Shown here in pieces: positions 13,795 through 28,600 of a stretch of 64,000 nt of DNA. Position numbers and translations under genes: made by a program. This DNA is from the human T2T-CHM13v2.0 reference genome, Homo sapiens. The DNA is taken from NCBI RefSeq assembly GCF_009914755.1, contig NC_060933.1; one strand, written 5' to 3'. The notes under the pieces were generated by a model, which saw only the letters and a list, made by a program, of their open reading frames with translations, made no database searches and was not told where the DNA came from. Each line of letters begins with the position of its first letter. Position 1 is the stretch's first letter.

Positions 13795-14305
13795 AATGGA
13801 ATGGAATGGAATGGAATGGAATGGAAACAACCCGAATGGAATGGAATGGAATGGAGTGTAAGGAATTGAATACAATCAATCCGAATGTAATGGAATGGAA
13901 TGGAACAGAATGGAATGGAATGGAATACAGTGGAATGGATTCAAACCTAGTGCAATGGAATGGAATGGAATGGAATGGAATGGAATGGATTGGATTCAAA
14001 ACAAATGGAATGGAAAGCAATAGAATCAACCCGAGTGGAATGGCATGGAATGGAATGGAATGGAATGGAATGGAATGGAAACAACCCGAATGGAATGGAA
14101 TGGAATGGAGTGTAAGGAATTGAATACAATCAATCCGAATGTAATGGAATGGAATGGAACAGTATGGAATGGAATGGAATACAGTGGAATGGATTCAAAC
14201 CTAGTGCAATGGAATGGAATGGAATGGAATGGAATGGAATGGATTGGATTCAAAACAAATGGAATGGAAAGCAATAGAATCAACCCGAGTGGAATGGCAT
14301 GGAAT
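13795..14305 (-). repeat. 254-bp tandem dimer of a divergent HSat3 unit
   Basis: AAACAACCCGA at 13,825/14,079 and TCAAACCTAG at 13,941/14,195 (offset 254). Both copies carry the rare words TTCAAAACAAA, AAAGCAATAG and GTAAGGAATTG. Confidence 0.93.
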
Positions 14306-17094
14306 GGAATGGAATGGAATGGAATGGAATGGTACGGAATAGAATGCAATGGAACGAAATGGAATGGAATGGAATGGAATGGAACGGAATGGAATGGAAT
14401 CAACTCGATTGCAATGGAATGTAATGGAATGCAATGGAATTAACGCGAATAGAATGGAACGGAATGGAATGGAACGGAATGGAATGGAATGGGATGGAAT
14501 GGAATCAATCTGAGTGCAGGGGAATGGAATGGAATGGAATGCAATGGAATGGAATGTAATGGAATGGAATGCAATGGAATGGAATGGAATGGAATGGAAT
14601 GCAATGGAATCAACTCGATTGCAATGGGATGGAATGGAATGGAATGGAATGGAATGGAAGGGAATGGAATGGAATGGAATTAACCTGAACAGAATGGAAT
14701 GGAATGGAATGCAACGGAATGGAATGGAATGGAATGGAATGGAATGGAATCAACCCGATTGCAATGGAATGGAGTGGAATGGAGTGGAATGGAATGGAAT
14801 CAACCCGAGTGCAGGGGAATGGAATGGAATGGAATGCAATGGAATGGAATCATCCGGAATGGAATGGAATGGAATGGAATGCAAAGCAATTTAATCAACT
14901 CGATTGCAATGGAATGGAATGGAATGGAAAGGAATACATTGGAATCAACCCGAGTGGAATGGAATGGAAAGGACTGGAATGGAGTGGAATGGAATGGAAT
15001 GGAATGGAATGGAATCAACTCGATTGGAATGGAATGGAATGGAATGGAATGGAATGGAATGGAATTAACCCGAATAGAATGGAATGGAATGGAATGGAAC
15101 GGAATGGAATGGAATGGAATGGAATGGAATGGAATCAACCCGACTGCAGGGGAATGGAATGGAATGGAATGCAATGGAATGGATTCAACTTGAATGGAAT
15201 TGAAAGAATGGAATCAACACGAGTGGAATGGCATGGATTGGAATGGAATTGAATGGAATCAACCCGAGTACAGGGGAATGGAATGGAATGAAATGCAATG
15301 GAATGGAATCATCCGTAATGGAATGGAAAGGAATGCAATGGAATGGAATGGAATGGAATGGAATGGAATCAACTCGATTGCAGTCGAATGGAATGGAATG
15401 GAATTAACCCGAATAGAATGGAATGGAATGGAATGGAACGGAACGGAATGGAATGGAATGGAATGGATTGGAACGGAAAGGAAGGGAATGGAATGGAATA
15501 GAATGGAATGGAATGGAATCAACGCGAGTGCAGGGGAATGGAATGGAATGGAATGCAATGGAATGGAATCTTCCTGAAAGGAATGGAATGGAATGGAATG
15601 CAATGGAATGGAATCAACCCGAGTGCAATGGAATGGAGTGGAATGGAATGGAATGGAATGGAACAACCCGAATGGAATGGAATGTAATGGAGAGTAAGGG
15701 AGTTGAATAGAATCAATCCGAATGGAATGGAATGGAATGGAACGGAATGGAATTGAATGGAATGGAATGGAATGCAATGGAATGGAATCAACCCGAGTGC
15801 AATGGAATGGAGAGGAATGGAATGGAATGGAATGGAAACTACCCGAATGGAATGGAATGTAATGGAGTGTAAGGGAATTGAATAGAATCAATCCGAATGT
15901 AATGGAATGGAATGGAACGGAATGGAATGGAATGGAATGGAATGGAATGGAATGCAATGGAATGGAATCAACCCGAGTGCAATCGAATGGAATCGAATAG
16001 AATGGAATGCAATGGAATGGATTCAACTTGAATGGAATGGAAAGAATGGAATCAACACGAGTGGAATGGCATGGATTGGAATGGAATGGAATGGAATCAA
16101 CCCGAGTACAGGGGAATGGAATGGAATGGAATGCAATGGAATGGAATCATCCGTAATGGAATGGAAAGGAATGGAATGGAATGGAATGGAATGGAATGGA
16201 ATGGAATGGAATGGAATCAACACGATTGCAATCGAATGGAATGGAATGGAATTAACCAAAATAGAATGGAATGGAATGGAATGGAACGGAACGGAATGAA
16301 ATGGAATGGAATGGAATGGAATGGAACGGAACGGAATGGAATGGAATGGAATGGAATGGAATCAACGCGAGTGCAGGGGAATGGAATGGAATGGAATGCA
16401 ATGGAATGGAATCTTCCGGAATGGAATGGAATGGAATGGAATGGAATGAAATGCAATGGATTCAACTCGATTGCAATGGAATGGAATAGAATGGAATGGA
16501 ATGGAATGGAATGGAATTAATCCGAATAGAATGGAATGGAATGGAATGGAACGGAATGGAAAGGAATGGAATGGAATGGAATGGAATGGAATGGAATGGA
16601 ATGGAATGGAATGTATGGAATAGAATGGAATGGTACGGAACAGAATGGAATGGAACGAATTGTAATGGAATGGAATTGAATGGAATGGAATGGAATGGAA
16701 TGGAATCAACGCGAGTGCAGGGGAATGTAATGGAACGGAATGCAATGGAATGGAATCATCCGGAATGGAATGGAGTGGAATGGAATGGAATGGAAAGGAA
16801 TCAACCCGAGTGCAATGGAATGGAGTGGAATGGAAGGGAATGGAATGGAACAACCCGAATGGAATGGAATGTAATGGAGAGTAAGGGAGTTGAATAGAAT
16901 CAATCCGAATGTAATGGAATGGAATGCAACGGAATGGAATGGAATGGAATGGAATGGAATGCAATTGAATGGAATGGAATGATACGGAATAGAATGGAAT
17001 GGAACGAAATGGAATGGAATGGAATGGAATAGAATGGAATGGAACGAAATGGAATGGAATGGATTGGAATGGAATGGAATGGAATGGAATGGAA

Positions 17095-20000
17095 TGGAAT
17101 CGTTCCAAATGGAATAGGAGGGAATGTATTCGAGTGGAATGGAAAGGAATGGAATCAACCAGAGTGGAATGGAAGGGAATGGAATGGAATGGAAACTAAT
17201 AGAATGGAATCAACCCGAGTGGAATGGGATGGAAAGGACTGGAATGGAATGGAATGGAATGGAATCAACTCGATTGTAATGGAATGGAATGGAATGGAAT
17301 GGAATGGAATGGAATGGAATTAACCCGAATACAATGCAATGGAATGGAAAGGAACGGAATGGAGTGGAATGGAATGGAATCAACCCGAGTGCAGGGGAAT
17401 GGAATGGAATGGAATGCAATGGAAAGGAATCATCCGGAATGGAATGGAATGGAATGGAATGCAAAGCAATGGAATCAACTCGATTGCAATGGAATGGAAT
17501 GGAATGGAAAGGAATACATTGGAATCAACCCGAGTGGAAAGGAATGGAAAGGACTGGAATGGAGTGGAATGGAATGGAATGGAATGGAATGGAATGGAAA
17601 GGAATCAACTTGATTGGAATGGAATGGAATGGAATGGAATGGAATTAACCCGAATAGAAAGGAATGGAATGGAATGGAACGGAACGGAACGGAATGGAAT
17701 GGAATGGAATGGAATGGAATGGAATGGAATCAACCCGACTGCAGGGGAATGGAATGGAATGGAATGCAATGGAATGGATTCAACTTGAATGGAATGGAAA
17801 GAATGGAATCAACACGAGTGGAATGGCATGGATTGGAATGGAATGGAATGGAATCAACCCGAGTACAGTGGAATGGAATGGAATGGAATGCAATGGAATG
17901 GAATCATCCGTAATGGAATGGAAAGGAATGGAATGGAATGGAATGGAATGGAATCAACTCGATTGAAATCGAATGGAATGGAAGGGAATTAAGCCGAATA
18001 GAATGGAATGGAATGGAATGGAACGGAACGGAACGGAACGGAACGGAATGGAATGGAATGGAATGGAATGGAACGGAGAGGAATGGAATGGAATGGAATG
18101 GAATGGAATCAACGCGAGTGCAGGGGAATGGAATGGAATGGAATGCAATGGAATGGAATCTTCCGGAATGGAATGGAATGGAATGGAATGGAATGGAATG
18201 GAATCAACTCGATTGCAATCGAATGGAATGGAATGGAATTAACCCGAATAGAATGGAATGGAATGGAATGGAACGGAATGGAATGGAATGGAATGGAATG
18301 GAATGGTATGGAAAGGAACGGAAAGGAATGGAATGGAATGGAATGGAATGGTATGGAATGGAATGGAATCAACGCGAGTGCAGGGCAATGGAATGGAATC
18401 GAATTTAATGGAATGGAATGGAATGGAATCAACCCGAGTGCAGGGGAATGTAATGGAACTGAATGCAATGGAATGGAATCATCCGGAATGGAATGGAATG
18501 GAATGGAATGGAATCAACCCGAGTGCAATGGAATGGAGTGGAATGGAATGGAATGGAATGGAACAACCCGAATGGAATGGAATGTAATGGAGAGTAACGG
18601 AGTTGAAAAGAATCAATCCGAATGTAATTGAATGGAATGGAACGTAATGGAATGGAATTCAATGGAATGCAATGGAATGGATTCAACTTGAATGGAATGG
18701 AAAGAATGGAATAAACACGAGTGGAATGGCATGGATTGGAATGGAATGGAATGGAATCAACCAGAGTACAGGGGAATGTATTGGAATGCAATGCAATGGA
18801 ATGGAAGCATCCGTAATGGAATGGAAATGAATGGAATGGAATGGAATGGAATGGAATGGAATGGAATGGAATGGAATGGAATCAACTCGATTGCAATCGA
18901 ATGGAATGGAATGGAATTAACCTGAATAGAATGGAATGGAATGGAATGGAACGGAACGGAATGGAATGGAATGGAATGGAATGGAACCGAACGGAACGTA
19001 ATGGAATGGAATGGAATGGAATGGAATGGAATCAACGCGAGTGCAGGGGAATGGAATGGAATGGAATGCAATGGAATGGAATCTTCCGGAATGGAATGGA
19101 ATGGAATGGAATGCAATGGATTCAGCATGATTGCAATGGAATGGAATAGAATGGAATGGAATGGAATGGAATGGAATGGAATGGAATGGAATTAACCCGA
19201 ATAGAATGGAATGGAATGGAACGGAATGGAACGGAAAGGAATGGAATGGAATGGAATGGAATGGAATGGAATGGAATGGAATGGAATGGTATGGAATGGA
19301 ATGGAATGGAATGGAATCAACGCGAGTGCAGGGGAATGTAATGGAAAGGAATGCAATGGAATGGAATCATCCGGAATGGAATGGAATGGAATGGAATCAA
19401 CCCGAGTGCAATGGAATGGAGTGGAATGGAATGGAATGGAATGGAACAACCCGAATGGAATGGAATGTAATGGAGAGTAAGGGAGTTGAATAGAATCAAT
19501 CCGAATGTAATGGAATGGTATGGAACGGAATGGAATGGAATGGAATGGAATGGAATGCGATGGAATGGAATCAACCCGAATACAATGGAATGGAATGGAA
19601 TGGAAAGAAATGGAATGGAATGGAATGGAATGGAATGGAGTGGAATTGAATGGAATGGAATGGCTTCAAACCGAATGGAAGGGAAAGGAATGGAATCAAC
19701 ACGATTGGAATGGAATGGAATGGAATGGAATGGAATGGAATGGAATGGTACGGAATAGAATGGAATTGAACGAAATAGAATGGAATGGAATGGAATGGAA
19801 TGGAATGGAATGGAATGGAATGGATTCAACTCGAAAGGAATCAACTCGATTTCAAAGGAATGGAATGGAATGGAAAGGAATAGAATGGAATCAACCCGAG
19901 TGGCATGGAATGGAAAGGCCTGGAATGGAGTGGAATGGAATGTAATGGAATGGAATCAAAGCGATTGGAATGGAATGGAATGGAATGGAATGGAATCAAC

Positions 20001-23000
20001 TCGATTGCAATGGAATGGAATGGAATGGAATTTTAATGGAATGGAATGGAAATAACACGAATAGAATGGAATGGAATGGAATGGAACGGAATGTAATGGA
20101 ATGAAATGGAATGGAATCAACCCGAGTGCAGGGGAATGGAATGGAATGGAAGGCAATGGAATGCAATCATCCGGAATGGAATGGAATGGAATGGAATGGA
20201 ATGGAATGGAATGGAATGGAATCAACTCGATTGCAATGGAGTGGAATGGAATGGAAACGAATTGAAGGGAATGGAATGGAATGTAATCAACCCGAGTGCA
20301 GGGGAATGGAATGGAATGGAATGCAATGGAATGGAATCATCCGGAATGGAATGGAATGGAATGGAATGCAATCAACCCAATGCAATGGAATGGAGTGGAA
20401 TGGAATGGAATGGAATGGAATGGAAACATCCCGAATGGAATGGAATGTAATGGAGTGTAAGGGAATTGAATAGAATCAATCCGAATGTAATGGAATGGAA
20501 TGGAATGAAATGGAATGGAGTGGAATGGAATGGAATCAACCCGAGTGCAATGGAATGGATTCGAATGGAATGGAATGGAATGGAATGGATTCAACAAGAA
20601 TGGAATGGAAAGGAATGGAATCAACCCGAGTGTAATGGCATGGAATGGAATGGAATGGAATGGAATGGGATAGAATGGAATTTTACGGAATAGAATGGAA
20701 TGGAATGAAATGGAATGGAATGGAATTTAATGGAATGGAATGGAATGAACCTGTGTGCAATGTAATGGAATGGAATGGAATGGAATGGATTCAACTCGAA
20801 TGGAATCAACTCGATTGCAATGGAATGGAATGGAATGGAAAGGAATAGAATGGAATCAACCCGAGTGGAATGGAATGGAAAGGACTGGAATGGAGTGGAA
20901 TGGAATGGAATGGAATTAACCCGAATAGAATGGAATGGAATGGAACGGAATGTAATGGAATGGAATGGAATGGATTCAACCCGAGTGCAGGGGAATGGAA
21001 TGGAATGGAATGCAATGGAATGGAATCATCCGGAATGGAATGGAATTGAATGGAATGGAATGGAATCAACTCGATTTCAATGGAATGGAATGGAATAGAA
21101 TGGAATGGAATTAACACGAATAGAATGGAATGGAATTGAATGGAATGGAATGGAACGGAAAGGAATGCAATGGAATGGAATGGAATCAACCCAAGTGCAG
21201 GGGAATGGAATGGAATGGAATTCAATGGAATGGAATCATCCGGAATGGAATGGAATGGAATGGAATGGAATGGAATGGAATGGAATCAACCCGAGTGCGA
21301 TGGAATGGAGAGGAATGGAATGGAATGGAATGGAAACTACCCGAATGGAATGGAATGTAATGGAGTGTAAGGGAATTGAATAGAATCAATCCGAAAGTAA
21401 TGGAATGGAACGGAACGGAATGGAATGCAATGGAATGGAATCAACCCGAGTGCAATCGAATGGAATCGAATGGAATGGAATGCAATTGAATGGATTCAAC
21501 TTGAATGGAATGGAAAGAATGGAATCAACAAGAGTGGAATGGCATGGAATGGAATGGAATGGATTGAAATAAACCCGAGTACAGGGGAATGGAATGGAAT
21601 GGAATGCAATTTAATGGAATAATCCGTAATGTAATGGAAAGGAATGGAATGGAATGGAATGGAATGGAATGGAATGGAATCAACTCGATTGTAATGGATT
21701 GGAATGGAATGGAATGGAATGGAATGGAATGGAATGGAATGGAATGGAATTAACCCGAATACAATGGAATGGAATGGAATGGAACGGAATGGAGTGGAAT
21801 GGAATGGAATCAACCCGAGTGCAGGTGAATGGAATGGAATGGAATGCAATGGAATGGAATCATCCGGAATGGAATGGAATGGAATGGAATGCAAAGCAAT
21901 GGAATCAACTCGATTGCAATGGAATGGAATGGAATGGAAAGGAATACAATGGAATCAACCCGAGTGGAATGGAATGGAAAGGACTGGAATGGAGTGGAAT
22001 GGAATGGAATGGAATGGAATGGAATCAACTCGATTGGAATGGAATGGAATGGAATGGAATGGAATGGAATTAACCCGAATAGAATGGAATGGAATGGAAC
22101 GGAACGGAAAGGAACGGAATGGAATGGAATAGAATGGAATGGAATAGAATGGAATCAACCCGACTGCAGGGGAATGGAATGGAATGGAATGCAATGTAAT
22201 GGATTCAACTTGAATGGAATGGAAAGAATGGAATCAACACGATTGGAATGGCATGGATTGGAATGGAATGGAATGGAATCAACCCGAGTACAGGGGAATG
22301 GAATGGAATGGAATGCAATGGAATGGAATCATCTGTAATGGAATGGAAAGGAATGGAATGGAATGGAATGGAACGGAATGGAATGGAATGGAATGGAATC
22401 AACTCGATTTCAATCGAATGGAATGGAATGGAATTAACCCGAATAGAATGGAATGGAATGGAATGGAACGGAACGGAACGGAATGGAATGGAATGGAATG
22501 GAATGGAACGGAAAGGAATGGAATGGAATGGAATGGAATGGAATGGAATGGAATTGAATCAACGCGAGTGCAGGGGAATGGAATGGAATCGAACGGAATG
22601 GAATGGAATGGAATGGAATCAACCCGAGTGCAGGGGAATGTAATGGAACGGAATGCAATGGAATGGAATCATCCGGAATGGAATGGAATGGAATGGAATC
22701 AACCCGAGTGCAATGAAATGGAGTGGAATGGAATGGAATGGAATGGAACAACCCGAATGGAATGGAATGTAATGGAGAGTAAGGGAGTTGAAAAGAATCA
22801 ATCCGAAAGTAATGGAATGGAATGGAACGGAATGGAATGGCATGGAAAGGAATGGAATGGAATGGAATGGAATCAACCCGAGTGCAATGGAATGGAGAGG
22901 AATGGAATGGAATGGAATGGAATGGAATGGAATGGAATGGAATGGAATGGAACTGAAAAGAATAAACCCGAGTGCAGGGGAATGGAATGGAATGGAATGC

Positions 23001-25628
23001 AATGGAATGGAATCTTCCGGAATGGAATGGAATGGAATGGAATGGAATGCAATGGATTCAACTCGATTGCAATGGAATGGTATAGAATGGAATGGAATGG
23101 AATGGAATGGAATTAACCCGAATAGAATGGAATGGAATGGAATGGAACGGAACGGAACAGAACGGAATGGAACGGAATGGAACGGAATGGAATGGAATGG
23201 AATGGAATGGAATGGAATTGTATGGAATGGAATGGAATGGTACGGAATAGAATGGAATGGAAAGAATTGCAATGGAATGGAAACGAATGGAATGGAATGG
23301 AATGGAATGGAATCAACCCGAGTGTAGGGGAATGTAATGGAACGGAATGCAATGGAATGGAATCATCCGAAATGGAATGGAATGGATTGGAATGGAATGG
23401 AAAGGAATGGAATGGAATGGAATGGAATGGAATCAACCCGAGTGCAATGGAATGGAGTGGAATGGAATGGAATGGAATGGAACAACCCGAATGGAATGGA
23501 ATGTAATGGAGAGTAAGGGAGTTGAATAGAAACAATCCGAATGTAACGGAATGGAACGGAATGGAATGGAATGGAATGGAATGGAATGGAATGGAATGGA
23601 ATGCAATGGAATGGAATCAATCCAAGTACAATGGAATGGAATGGAATGGAATGGAATGGAATGGAATGGAATGGAAAGAATGGAATGGAATCAACCCGAG
23701 TGCAATGGAATGGAGAGGAATGGAATGGAATGGAAACTACCCGAATGGAATGGAATGTAATGGAGTGTAAGGGAATTGAATACAATCAATCCGAATGGAA
23801 TGGAATGGAATGGAACGGAATGTAATGGAATGGAATGGAATGGAATCAACCCGAGTGCAGGGGAATGGAATGGAATGGAATGCAATGGAATGGAATCATC
23901 CGGAATGGAATGGAATGGAATGCAATGGAATGGAATGGAATGGAATCAACCCGAGTGCAATGGAATGGAGTGAAATGGAATGGAATGGAATGGAAACAAC
24001 CAGAATGGATTGGAATATAATGGAGTGTAAGGGAATTGAATAGAATCAATCTGAATGTAATGAAATGGAATGGAACGGAATGGAATGCAATGGAATGGAA
24101 TGGAATGGAATGGAATGCAATGGAATGGAATCAACCCGAGTACAGGGGAATGGAATGGAATGGAATGCAATGGAATGGAATGGAATGGAATGGAATGGAA
24201 TGGAATGGAATGGAATCAACTCGATTGCAATCGAATGGAATGGAATGGAATTAACACGAATAGAATGGAATGGAATGGAATGGAACGGAACGGAACGGAA
24301 CGGAATGGAATGGAATGGAATGGAATGGAATGGAATGGAACGGAAAGGAATGGAATGGAACGGAATGGAATGGAATGGAATGGAACGGAACGGAATGGAA
24401 TGGAATGGAATTGAATGGAATGGAATGGAATCAACCCAACTGCAGGGGAATGGAATGGAATGGAATGCAATGGAATGGAATCATGCGGAACGGAATGCAA
24501 TGGAATGGAATGGAATCAACACGAGTGCAATGGAATGGAATTGAATCAACACGAGTGCAATGGAATGGAGTGGAATGGAATGGAATGGAATGGAATGGAA
24601 CTACCCGAATGGAATGTAATGTAATGGAGAGTAAGGGAGTTGAATAGAATCAATCCGAAAGTAATGGAAAGGAATGGAAAGGAATGGATTGGAATGGAAT
24701 GGAATGCAATGGAATGGAATCAAACCGAGTACATTGGATTGGAATGGAATGGAATGGACTGGAATGGAATGGAATCAACACGAGTGCAATGGAATGGAGT
24801 GGAATGGAATGGAATGGAATGGAACAAACCGAATGGAATGGAATGTAATGGAGAGTAAGGGAGTTGAATAGAAACAATCCGAATGTAATGGAATGGAACG
24901 GAATGGAATGGAATGGAATGGAATGGAATGGAATGGAATCAACGCGAGTGCAGGGGAATGGAATGGAATCGAACGGAATGGAATGGAATGGAATGGAATC
25001 AACCCGAGTGCAGGGGAATGTAATGGAACGGAATGCAATGGAATGGAATCATCCGGAATGGAATGGAATGGAATGGAATGGAATCAACCCGAGTGCAATG
25101 AAATGGAGTGGAATGGAATGGAATGGAATGGAACAACCCGAATGGAATGGAATGTAATGGAGAGTAAGGGAGTTGAAAAGAATCAATCCGAAAGTAATGG
25201 AATGGAATGGAACGGAATGGAATGGCATGGAAAGGAATGGAATGGAATGGAATGGAATCAACCCGAATGCAATGGAATGGAGAGGAATGGAATGGAATGG
25301 AATGGAATGGAATGGAATGGAATGGAATGGAATGGAATGGAATGGAACTGAAAAGAATAAACCCGAGTGCAGGGGAATGGAATGGAATGGAATGCAATGG
25401 AATGGAATCTTCCGGAATGGAATGGAATGGAATGGAATGGAATGCAATGGATTCAACTCGATTGCAATGGAATGGTATAGAATGGAATGGAATGGAATGG
25501 AATGGAATTAACCCGAATAGAATGGAATGGAATGGAATGGAACGGAACGGAACAGAACGGAATGGAACGGAATGGAACGGAATGGAATGGAATGGAATGG
25601 AATGGAATGGAATGGAATGGAATGGAAT
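17095..25628 (-). repeat. ~8.5-kb higher-order repeat, copy 1
   Basis: Marker CGTTCC..AGGAGGGAATGTATTCGAG at 17,101, 25,634 and 34,152. Many rare words are collinear (GAATTAAGCCG, CAGGGCAATGG, AAAGGCCTGG, AAAGCGATT, TTTTACGG). Confidence 0.93.
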
Positions 25629-28600
25629 GGAATCGTTCCGAATGGAACAGGAGGGAATGTATTCGAGTGGAATGGAAAGGAATGGAATCAACCAGAGTGG
25701 AATGGAAGGGAATGGAATGGAATGGAAACTAATAGAATGGAATCAACCCGAGTGGAATGGGATGGAAAGGACTGGAATGGAATGGAATGGAATGGAATCA
25801 ACTCGATTGTAATGGAATGGAATGGAATGGAATGGAATGGAATGGAATTAACCCGAATACAATGCAATGGAATGGAAAGGAACGGAATGGAGTGGAATGG
25901 AATGGAATCAACCCGAGTGCAGGGGAATGGAATGGAATGGAATGCAATGGAAAGGAATCATCCGGAATGGAATGGAATGGAATGGAATGCAAAGCAATGG
26001 AATCAACTCGATTGCAATGGAATGGAATGGAATGGAAAGGAATACATTGGAATCAACCCGAGTGGAAAGGAATGGAAAGGACTGGAATGGAGTGGAATGG
26101 AATGGAATGGAATGGAATGGAATGGAAAGGAATCAACTTGATTGGAATGGAATGGAATGGAATGGAATGGAATTAACCCGAATAGAAAGGAATGGAATGG
26201 AATGGAACGGAACGGAACGGAATGGAATGGAATGGAATGGAATGGAATGGAATGGAATCAACCCGACTGCAGGGGAATGGAATGGAATGGAATGCAATGG
26301 AATGGATTCAACTTGAATGGAATGGAAAGAATGGAATCAACACGAGTGGAATGGCATGGATTGGAATGGAATGGAATGGAATCAACCCGAGTACAGTGGA
26401 ATGGAATGGAATGGATTGCAATGGAATGGAATCATCCGTAATGGAATGGAAAGGAATGGAATGGAATGGAATGGAATGGAATCAACTCGATTGAAATCGA
26501 ATGGAATGGAAGGGAATTAAGCCGAATAGAATGGAATGGAATGGAATGGAACGGAACGGAACGGAACGGAACGGAATGGAATGGAATGGAATGGAATGGA
26601 ACGGAGAGGAATGGAATGGAATGGAATGGAATGGAATCAACGCGAGTGCAGGGGAATGGAATGGAATGGAATGCAATGGAATGGAATCTTCCGGAATGGA
26701 ATGGAATGGAATGGAATGGAATGGAATGGAATGGAATGGAATCAACTCGATTGCAATCGAATGGAATGGAATGGAATTAACCCGAATAGAATGGAATGGA
26801 ATGGAATGGAACGGAATGGAATGGAATGGAATGGAATGGAATGGTATGGAAAGGAACGGAAAGGAATGGAATGGAATGGAATGGAATGGTATGGAATGGA
26901 ATGGAATCAACGCGAGTGCAGGGCAATGGAATGGAATCGAATTTAATGGAATGGAATGGAATGGAATCAACCCGAGTGCAGGGGAATGTAATGGAACTGA
27001 ATGCAATGGAATGGAATCATCCGGAATGGAATGGAATGGAATGGAATGGAATCAACCCGAGTGCAATGGAATGGAGTGGAATGGAATGGAATGGAATGGA
27101 ACAACCCGAATGGAATGGAATGTAATGGAGAGTAACGGAGTTGAAAAGAATCAATCCGAATGTAATTGAATGGAATGGAACGTAATGGAATGGAATTCAA
27201 TGGAATGCAATGGAATGGATTCAACTTGAATGGAATGGAAAGAATGGAATAAACACGAGTGGAATGGCATGGATTGGAATGGAATGGAATGGAATCAACC
27301 AGAGTACAGGGGAATGTATTGGAATGCAATGCAATAGAATGGAAGCATCCGTAATGGAATGGAAATGAATGGAATGGAATGGAATGGAATGGAATGGAAT
27401 GGAATGGAATGGAATCAACTCGATTGCAATCGAATGGAATGGAATGGAATTAACCTGAATAGAATGGAATGGAATGGAATGGAACGGAACGGAATGGAAT
27501 GGAATGGAATGGAATGGAATGGAACCGAACGGAACGGAATGGAATGGAATGGAATGGAATGGAATGGAATCAACGCGAGTGCAGGGGAATGGAATGGAAT
27601 GGAATGCAATGGAATGGAATCTTCCGGAATGGAATGGAATGGAATGGAATGCAATGGATTCAACATGATTGCAATGGAATGGAATAGAATGGAATGGAAT
27701 GGAATGGAATGGAATGGAATGGAATTAACCCGAATAGAATGGAATGGAATGGAACGGAATGGAACGGAAAGGAATGGAATGGAATGGAATGGAATGGAAT
27801 GGAATGGAATGGTATGGAATGGAATGGAATGGAATGGAATCAACGCGAGTGCAGGGGAATGTAATGGAAAGGAATGCAATGGAATGGAATCATCCGGAAT
27901 GGAATGGAATGGAATGGAATCAACCCGAGTGCAATGGAATGGAGTGGAATGGAATGGAATGGAATGGAACAACCCGAATGGAATGGAATGTAATGGAGAG
28001 TAAGGGAGTTGAATAGAATCAATCCGAATGTAATGGAATGGTATGGAACGGAATGGAATGGAATGGAATGGAATGGAATGCGATGGAATGGAATCAACCC
28101 GAATACAATGGAATGGAATGGAATGGAATGGAATGGAATGGAATGGAATGGAATGGAATTGAATGGAATGGAATGGCTTCAAACCGAATGGAAGGGAAAG
28201 GAATGGAATCAACACGATTGGAATGGAATGGAATGGAATGGAATGGAATGGTACGGAATAGAATGGAATTGAACGAAATAGAATGGAATGGAATGGAATG
28301 GAATGGAATGGAATGGAATGGAATGGATTCAACTCGAAAGGAATCAACTCGATTTCAAAGGAATGGAATGGAATGGAAAGGAATAGAATGGAATCAACCC
28401 GAGTGGCATGGAATGGAAAGGCCTGGAATGGAGTGGAATGGAATGGAATGGAATGGAATCAAAGCGATTGGAATGGAATGGAATGGAATGGAATGGAATC
28501 AACTCGATTGCAATGGAATGGAATGGAATGGAATTTTAATGGAATGGAATGGAATTAACACGAATAGAATGGAATGGAATGGAATGGAATGGAACGGAAT

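Noticed and set aside
17101-17200. Complex words (CGTTCC..AGGAGGGAATGTATTCGAG; GAGTAAGGGAGTTGAATAG) as inserted mobile or unique DNA, or AGGAGG as a ribosome-binding site
   Set aside because: They stay in the 5-bp register, recur throughout the array and are mutated pentamers. There are no target-site duplications, terminal repeats or poly(A) tails.
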